A stretch of 64,000 nt of DNA, from the NCBI GenBank assembly GCA_951406725.2, contig OX597828.1, positions 8,432,001 to 8,496,000 of the forward strand. The letters are read 5' to 3'. The notes beneath the pieces were generated by a model. The model was not told the origin of the DNA. It ran no database searches and worked only from the letters and a program-made list of their open reading frames with translations. The stretch is from Octopus vulgaris. Lineage: Eukaryota. This document shows positions 56,006-64,000 of this stretch, piece after piece. The first letter of the stretch is position 1; every line of letters begins with the position of its first letter. The translations under genes and the position numbers were made by a program.

Positions 56006-56210
56006 GTGTCGCTGTATATTGATGAACAAATAAAACCATCAGATTTCAGAAATCACAAATTATGCTTTAAGGAAAATAACGTGACAGTGTTTATTGCCTT
56101 ACAATCGAGTTTTGCATTTGAATTATATTGAACTGGGCCTGTCTTGTAAAATCTCTGTCCGTTATTCTACGAGCAGTAAACTGCATATAAAAAGTAAATA
56201 ATTAAATGTA

Positions 56211-56241
<31 letters not shown>

Positions 56242-56258
56242 TGTACATATATATATAT

Positions 56259-56290
<32 letters not shown>

Positions 56291-56314
56291 GTATATATAT
56301 ATATGTACATATAT

Positions 56315-56385
<71 letters not shown>

Positions 56386-57822
56386 CATGTTTGTATACAT
56401 ATTTGAGCGTGGTTTTGCTTATTTGTCTTGTATTAGTTCAAACATTCCATGTCGAATTGTAATCATAATTTTAATGCTGACTTTGAAATGAAAATTATCT
56501 ATTCCTTGGGAAATAGCTCGGCGATCTTGCATCGTTTGCACTTGATGTTGTATTTATCATCATTATATATCACAGAGCTTTGTTAAGTAGACAGAGAGAA
56601 TCCGTTGCACGGTTTTATCTGAGCAGAGCTTGCTGCGAGAGAATTATTTCACAGATTTAGACAAATCAAATGATTTACAACCAATTTACGATCAGTACGA
56701 CACACATTTTCCGATTGAAAATGATCTCCCCAAATAAAATTATATATATATATATTTGAAAGTGAAAAAAGAAAACAAAAAATAAGTAAAAAAAATGCCA
56801 TAATTTCTGGAAAATAATATGAAATGCACTTAGATGTACATTTAATGTATACGTATACATTTATAACTATATATGCATCTCTCTCTGTGTGCGCGTGCGT
56901 ATGTGTATGCACGCGCGCGTGTGAGTGTGGGTGATTGAGTATGTGTCTGTGTGTGTATGTGTATGTCTGTGAGAGAGACAGACAGAGAGAATGAGAGAAA
57001 GAGATAGAGAGAGATTATATTGAAACTTAAGGGGACATTAAGAAAACAAAGAGTATAAATATTAATGATTTACCAGAAGAAATTGACCGTGCTTCATAAA
57101 AATATAGACACATAAAAAATAGTTTTAAAAACTAAATATTAGGCGAGAAATAATAGTATATTACATCCAGATATTAAAAATTAGGCCCAAGTTTTGTCAA
57201 TCACAAAAAACAAAATGTGAAATTCTGATGCGTAATCTTATATAATCTTTTACAATACTAAACTTCTGGAATTCATTTTTTTCTTAACGATGAACCTTCT
57301 ACCGCTTAGACTGCTATGTTTTTTTTTATTTCATTTAAGCGATGTGTCAGTCGATTCGTTGAAGCCTCGTCTTTCATTACATGAATTCAGTTTTTCACAT
57401 TAAACTGACGCATAGAGGCGAATTGAAATCATAACATAATTTACAAGTATGTTTTTCATTTCCATATTTCAATCGCTCGAGTTTAGTTAATATTGGTAAT
57501 TTGTTGATAGATTTGAAAAATCAATGCTCACCACACGATTACTTTTGTCAAGAACAATATTGGCAGTACGTTTGTACACAATACTGAAAACCTAAAAGGT
57601 AGTTTCTCAAGAAAGCCTTAATGTCACTCCTTTAAGATGTCCGCATTAATTACTCGCTGGACAAGTATCTATAATATATGAGCTAGTATGATTAAAGTAT
57701 GCTGTTCATTCATATTCCTCTTCATATTGCTGTCAGTCGGTTGCAAGTTCTTGCTGTACAGAAAATGAATCATTATAGTATTCGTTTTCGTAATTACTTC
57801 TTTTTCTAGAGCAATATTTATT

Positions 57823-58110
57823 AAGGCGGCGAGCTGGCAGAAATGTTAGCACGCCAGGCGAAACGCCTAGCGGTATTTCGTCTGCCGCTACGTTCTGAGT
57901 TCAAATTCCGCCGAGTTCGACTTTGCCTTTCATCCTTTCAGGGTCGATTAAATAAGTACCAATTACGCACTGGGGTCGACATAATCGACTTAATCCGTTT
58001 GTCTGTCCTTATTTGTCCTCTCTGTGTTTAGCCCTTTGTGGGTAATAAAGAAACAGGTATTTCGTCTTCCGCTACGTTCTGAGTTCAAATTGCAGCAAGG
58101 TCGACTTTCC
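57823..58110 (+). mobile_element. SINE family B plus partial tandem duplication
   Basis: Full copy 57823-58053; GGTATTTCGTCT.CCGCTACGTTCTGAGTTCAAATT recurs at 58056-58091. Confidence 0.92.
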
Positions 58111-58459
58111 ATACCATATATCCATACTGGAAGGATTTCTGGTAATAATATGCGGCAATTTATATTTGATCCTCGAGAAGACAATCCGTCTTTAAAAGTT
58201 TTTGAGAGCTAGACCGCCTATTTCCAGCCGTACACTAAACAAATGGATTAGAAGAAATAGGGAAGTACCCCCAAAATAGCTCATAAGAAACCATTATATA
58301 AAATAGTGAGTGCATTTATAAAATACTCCTTACCGTCATTTAAGAAATTTTTTCTTAAAATACGTGAATGCTATCAAATCATAAATTGCCTCTAATTGAG
58401 TTGTTCCCTAAACATTTCTTTATATATCTTCATGTTTGTTCAAATTGTTTGCGTTACTA

Positions 58460-58613
58460 TAGGTGAGAATGTGTGGAAAGAAGCTTACTTTCTAATCACT
58501 TGGTTTCGGGTTCAGTCCCATCGCATGTCATTTTGAGCAGGTGCCTTCTTCTAGAGCCTCGAAACAAAGTTTTGTGAGTAGATTTGGTAGACAGACATTG
58601 GAAGAAGCCCGTC

Positions 58614-58662
<49 letters not shown>

Positions 58663-58955
58663 CTTATATATATATATGCATATGTTAGTGCGTGCGTGTG
58701 TGCATGCGTGTGTGTGCGTGAACGTCTGTGTGTGAGTGTGGGTGCCTCTGTCTGTTTTTTGTGTGATTGTACTTACTACGGCTTGACAACTGGTGTTGAT
58801 GTGGTATGTACACAGTTTGGCAAAAATCCTGAATCAATACGTAACAGGCTGAAAAAGAAAAAAAATGAGTATTTTCGTGGGATCATTTGACAGCAAATTT
58901 TTCAAGGCAATACTCCTGCATGGCTGCACTTTAATGACTGAAATAAGTCAAATAA
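58460..58955 (+). mobile_element. SINE family A, diverged
   Basis: GGGTTCAGTCCC B box, GTAGATTTGGTAGAC, GAAGAAGCCCGTCG, internal microsatellite, AATGACTGAAATAAG end. Confidence 0.8.
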
Positions 58956-59039
58956 AAAAGATTTTTTGCATTTGAATTAATAGTCTTATTTTTGCTTTAA
59001 CTTTTGAATTTAATCCTTTTTATAACAATACTATTTCAC

Positions 59040-59500
59040 CTTATCTACTTTACCCGATGGTTTCATTTCAGCTTTTCTTTAGGCCGTATGCAGAGTTCCC
59101 ATTTCTGATTTCAGTGGTTTTGTTATTAAATTTTATTAGCTACAGTGTGACTATGTTAATGTAAGCGATGAGAATATAACCCAGCCGTTAAACAAGTACC
59201 ACATGTGAAGCAATTACATTCAATTTTCAGCATTTAGTATAATATATCCACGAAACATTTACACATAATATTTCTAAATTTGTATCCTATAAAGTGTGAA
59301 ACTATATTTTATAGCGCCATAGATTATTTCACATAATCATATTTTAATTCGAAACAAAATTCACATGGTTTCTAATATTAAGTTCAAATTCTGACATCAA
59401 TAAAATTTAGTAACAAATCCACTGGAATCAGAAATGGGAATTCTGCACGCGCCCTGAAAAAAAGCTGAATTGAAACTACCGGATAAAAACTTGAACTTGA
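59040..59500. repeat. Diverged ~95 bp inverted repeat, ~260 bp spacer (MITE-like)
   Basis: TTCAGCTTTT..TGCAGAGTTCCCATTTCTGATTTCAGTGG..AAATTTTATT (59045-59137) mirrored at 59398-59495. Confidence 0.85.
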
Positions 59501-59529
59501 TATTAAAATAGATTTACCTTTCCATGTAT

Positions 59530-60330
59530 TGTAGGGGAAAGGTAAGTCGATTACATCGGCCCCTGTTTCTGACATTTATTTTATCAGCCTAAAAAGAAAG
59601 ACAAAGTCTCTTTTAACAGAATTTGAACTCAGAAAGCAAAGACGGATGAAATGCTTAATGAAGCAAGTCGGCGTGCTAAAGATCCTGCCAGTTCACCGCC
59701 TTCGACAAATAGTAATATTCATTTCAAATTTTGGCACGAGGCCAACAATTTCAAGTGAAGAGTCATTCGAAAACATCGATCCCAGTGCTCAACTGAGGAT
59801 TATTTCATCGACTCCAAAAGGATAAAGCAATGTCGATCTTGGCGGAATTTGAACTAAGAACATGCAGACGTACGAAATATCGCTAAGCATTGCGTCTGGC
59901 GTATTAACGATTCTGCCAGCTCACCTCCTTCATTAAATAGTAATATTAGAAACAATCTGAGGGCGGTGAGCTGGCAGAGTCGTTAGCACGCCGACTAAAT
60001 GTTTAGCAGCATTTTGTCCGTCTTTAGGAAGGAGACTTTGCATTTCATTCTTTAAAGATCAGTAAAATAAGTTCCATTTGAATATCTGGGTCGATGTAAT
60101 TGACTTAGATCCTTTTCCAAAATCGCTCACCTTATTCCAAAGTTTAAAAACAATATTTGTATTTGGTGAAGGCGGCGAACTAGCAGAATTTTCAGTATGC
60201 CGGGTAAAATACTCAGCGGCATTCCGTCAAATTCCACCAAGGCTAACTTTGTCTGTCATCCTTTTGAGATCGAAGAAATAAGTATTAGTTGAGCAGTGGA
60301 GTCAATGTACTCCACTTGCTGGCTCTGAGC
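59530..60330. mobile_element. Cluster of four SINE family B copies (-,-,+,+)
   Basis: Approximately 59530-59700(-), 59720-59930(-), 59960-60150(+), 60170-60330(+), each with GAGCTGGCAG- or GTCGAT-like core motifs. Confidence 0.8.
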
Positions 60331-62607
60331 CAAAAGGTAACATCAATATTACTATTTGTCGCGATTTATGCTCTCGGTATCAATAACCAGTCGTGGGACA
60401 TGCATCTGTTTCTTAGAAACAAGTGACCATTTATCAACACAGAAGGATAAAATTTAACACACATACTCTCATATGATATCTACTAAACATCTGTGACTAT
60501 TTCCAGGTATAAAAAAAAATTCATCTGAATTTTATTAAATGGAAATTCTGTGAAATCAAGTTAAGTCCATAACAAACCCTATCGGTAACTTAGTTTCATT
60601 TCGTAGTTGTTCATATATTTCCGTTCAGTTGTTATCGTTGTTGAAAAGACACGGATGACCCAGTTCCCTATAGACAATACAACTTTAATCAAACCTCCAT
60701 CGATCCCAGAGATATGATTATCCAAGCGGAAAATTTAAACGTTTGATGTGTAACTCAAGTGAATTCCCTTTATGAATAACTCGAACAAATACTCATCAGA
60801 TTGAATCTTATAATCTCTTCAGAATTTCTATAAAAAGTTGGTAAGGTCATATTTTAACAATCGGGTCCCCATCAATCGAGCTTTCAATTCTGTATCATAT
60901 TACTTATCACTACTACTTGCAGCAAAATAATTGTCACAATGATCCATAAGTTTGTATGCATCTCATAAAGACAAAGAAAACGGTGTTTTGAAACCCAGAC
61001 AAACACGATAAAGATGTGTTTGACATATATTGACCATGCTTCTGAAAGGGACATCATTTTCTCAGAGAGTTTGTTTTAGTTTTGATAAAGAGAAGTTAGT
61101 ACGATTATAAAAATGATAAAAAAATGAAGAAAAAAATATTATTATGAATCCATATAGTATATTGTCTCTGTTCCGGATATTTGCTACGATCTAATGAACA
61201 AAATCTTATATTTCTCGAGGGAGATGTTAAATCTATAATATTGTTTACTACGTCTATCAAGTTCAATGCAATATCATAGTCTTTATCTACAGACGAAACT
61301 TTCATCAGATGTTGCTTTCATTTTCGAAATTGATTGTGATAATTCATGCGAACATATCTTGCTATTTAACTCTTTTCATACATCATTCAACCAGTGTATT
61401 AAAGTAAAAGTAATGTCCCATAAGAGTCGCAGCTGACTGAGTCGACACGGTAACGGCTTGTAGATCGAAGTGTCTAAGTTCGTACCACGACACTGGTACT
61501 GCATTGCGGTTGTAGGAGAGAAAAGTCTTCGTTGCTCACGGAATCTGGCTCTAAATTAGTATAGTAAGCCCTTAGAACTCACCGCTATATAATTATTTTG
61601 TTAAACAGGGACTATACAGTTTTCCTTTTACATCAGTGTTGCTGCGTTCAAATCTATTTAAGGGGAAGACAACTCAGAATTAGTTGAGTGTTTCAACTCC
61701 TATATCACTTACATTAAATCTAAATTATACGGTTGAACTCCAAAGCCAGACAGAATTACGTGACTAAACATCATTGTCTTTAACTTATTATTTGATGTTT
61801 AAGGCAGTAATATTCAAGAAGCCATTAAAAAAGGTGAACATCGGAATGGTAGCTTTTGATGTCACAAAATCTATTGGAGAACTGTCAGAATAGCAATGTG
61901 ACATGACAAAGCGATTGTTCATTAAAACTATTCTCACTGCAAATAGAAGAGAACTGAATCACTAAAGGGTAGCTGATTAAGCTATGTGGCCTGAATTTTT
62001 CTCACTTTCCCTGGGCAGCATAAATACACTGGCAGTAGCTAATTCATGTTAAGCCAGGGCTACACTTAAATTGAAATAAAATTAAACAGGAAAAATATGT
62101 TTCTCTAGCGGTAACTAATACTTAATGCCCTCAAAAACGGATGGGGTCACAATGCTGAAAGAAAGAAGGCTTCATCTATATAGTATAAATATATTTCGTT
62201 GGAGTATTTTATGACGTACCCTACACCTGAAAGTCATTTCTTCTTATCTATACTTAATCTAAGTCTAACAAAAGTATTAAATTAATGACATAGTTTGTTA
62301 ACTAGAGTAAAAAAATTAAAAAGTAGGAAAATAAATTCATGAAAGAACATTTCCATAAAAGTTGTGATGGGTAATATACCTCTACCATGGAAGCAGTTTT
62401 AGATACAGAATTTTTTAATAGTAAAATAAGAACATATATTAATAGCATTATTTGAAAGTCTGTATCGTATTTTTTCCTATGAAATATAATTTTATTAAAT
62501 TAAATTAAAAAACTTTTCATGAGAAATTCCAGTACTTTTTCAAAGAGCCGTAGAACTCACTCCAGAAAAGTATTAATTTACATTGCCGTTGTTTAATAAT
62601 GGGGATC

Positions 62608-63005
62608 GTTTCAGTCATTAAACTACGGCCATGCTGGAGTACCGCCTTGAGGAATTTTAATCGAACTAATCGGTTCCAGTACTTATTTTCTTTTTAAATG
62701 TGGTTCTTATTTTATCGGCGTCTTTTACCGAACCGCTACGTGACAAGGACATAAACACACCAGCACTTGTTGTCAAGAAGTGCTGAGAAATAAACATAGG
62801 CATAAAGACACTCACACATACACGCACACACACATATATACAAGTTTCTTTCAATTTTTGTCAACCAAATCGACACATAATGCTTTAGTTTGCCTGAGGC
62901 CAACTTACCGAGGGTACTATTTACCAAAGGTACCACCAGTGGGAGTGAACCTGGCACAATATGACTGAGAAACAAACTTCCTACCACGTAGCCACGCCTT
63001 CGCTT
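62608..63005 (-). mobile_element. SINE family A, diverged
   Basis: TTTCAGTCATT..GGCCATGCTGGAGTACCGCC..CCGAACCGCTA..TACCACGTAGCCAC colinear with the 15405 copy. Confidence 0.85.
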
Positions 63006-64000
63006 ACACAACCTCACCTGACGTGTATATTTTATTACAATATATATTATATTTCATAAAATCTGATTTTAAGGATTTCTTTAATTGCGTTAGACTTTAA
63101 AATCTGTTGATGCCTGATTTAGGTGATCAATACAATGTTCTTTATTATGCGGACCACAGAGAGAAGAAAGAAAAACCAAACTCAGTCGGATTTGAACGAA
63201 AAGTGGAGAAATCAGATTTTTTCAAACGTTTAATGTGATGTTCTACTGCCCCTGGTATTTTACCACCTTTGAAGTTAAGCATAATGCGACATGTAATAAT
63301 TCTTTTAAAAGTTTTCAAATTTCTTTTGTAAACCAATTAATGAATAGATTAATAAAAAGATTAATCAAAGCAGTGAAAAAATTTTCATACAAAAGAAAAA
63401 CAAAATGAATAAATAAAATATTAGCATGTAAATAATTTCCTTCAATAATTATATTTCTAATTAACTTTTAGTTACAGAAGATAGTTGTATTAATTAGCAA
63501 AATCACAGGCAATTTTCGAATGAAAGCAAAAAGAAAAGAAAAAGAAAAAAATAGGCCCGAGTAAGATACATTGTCGTTTATTTTTCACAAGTTATACATG
63601 GTGATGCAAAGAACTTTCTTCATATACTTAATAAAATAAAGTTAAAAGGGATGCATCAATAAAAACAAATTGGCAGCTAATTAAAGGATTATTTATAAGT
63701 AATTAACTTCAATGCAGAAATAATAGTTGTAAACATTCATTTTTCATAGATATCGTATGTTTGATATATTAGCTAAATCAGCGATTAATATTTTTCAGAC
63801 CTATTGACCGATTAATAGGCCAGACAACAAGATATGTGAGTTCGTGTCATGAAACTGGTATTTATTTGGTTATTCTGATTAATACTACTTACCTCAATAA
63901 AAGCATTCATTTGTAATTAAGAAAGATAAACAGTGCATATGAACCTTGATTCATTCTTTCTTTGAATATGAACACTGTAATACAAATAGTTGTGTGTCTA

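Overview
AT-rich, repeat-saturated non-coding animal DNA (intronic or intergenic). The dense (TA)n/(CA)n/(ATT)n microsatellites, the tRNA-derived SINE families and the Dong/R4, RTE and Penelope relics suggest an octopus or other coleoid cephalopod genome; this is recognition of the repeat landscape, not a search result. I found no credible host protein-coding exon: nearly all supplied ORFs are microsatellite translations or decayed transposon frames. Recognisable content: a rearranged RTE LINE (2.75-5.35 kb), a 1.24 kb (GAA)n array, several Dong/R4-type REL-endonuclease LINE 3' ends beside (TAA)n repeats, a mariner, a maT/DD37D and a Tc1 relic, a Tx1/L1 3' end, a Naiad-type Penelope RT relic (YRDD), HINE/Helitron-like pieces and more than 25 SINE copies. 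Best leads: (i) several degenerate minimal hammerhead-ribozyme motifs in Penelope-type repeats, one beside a direct-plus-inverted repeat block; (ii) many foldback structures that could supply dsRNA for ADAR editing, including a 105 bp arm pair with 3 mismatches and a ~140 bp loopless palindrome; (iii) head/tail module shuffling among SINEs; (iv) a 98 bp Penelope RT piece copied into a (TA)n tract. None is shown to be a new system. Boundaries of decayed elements are approximate and identities were estimated by eye.
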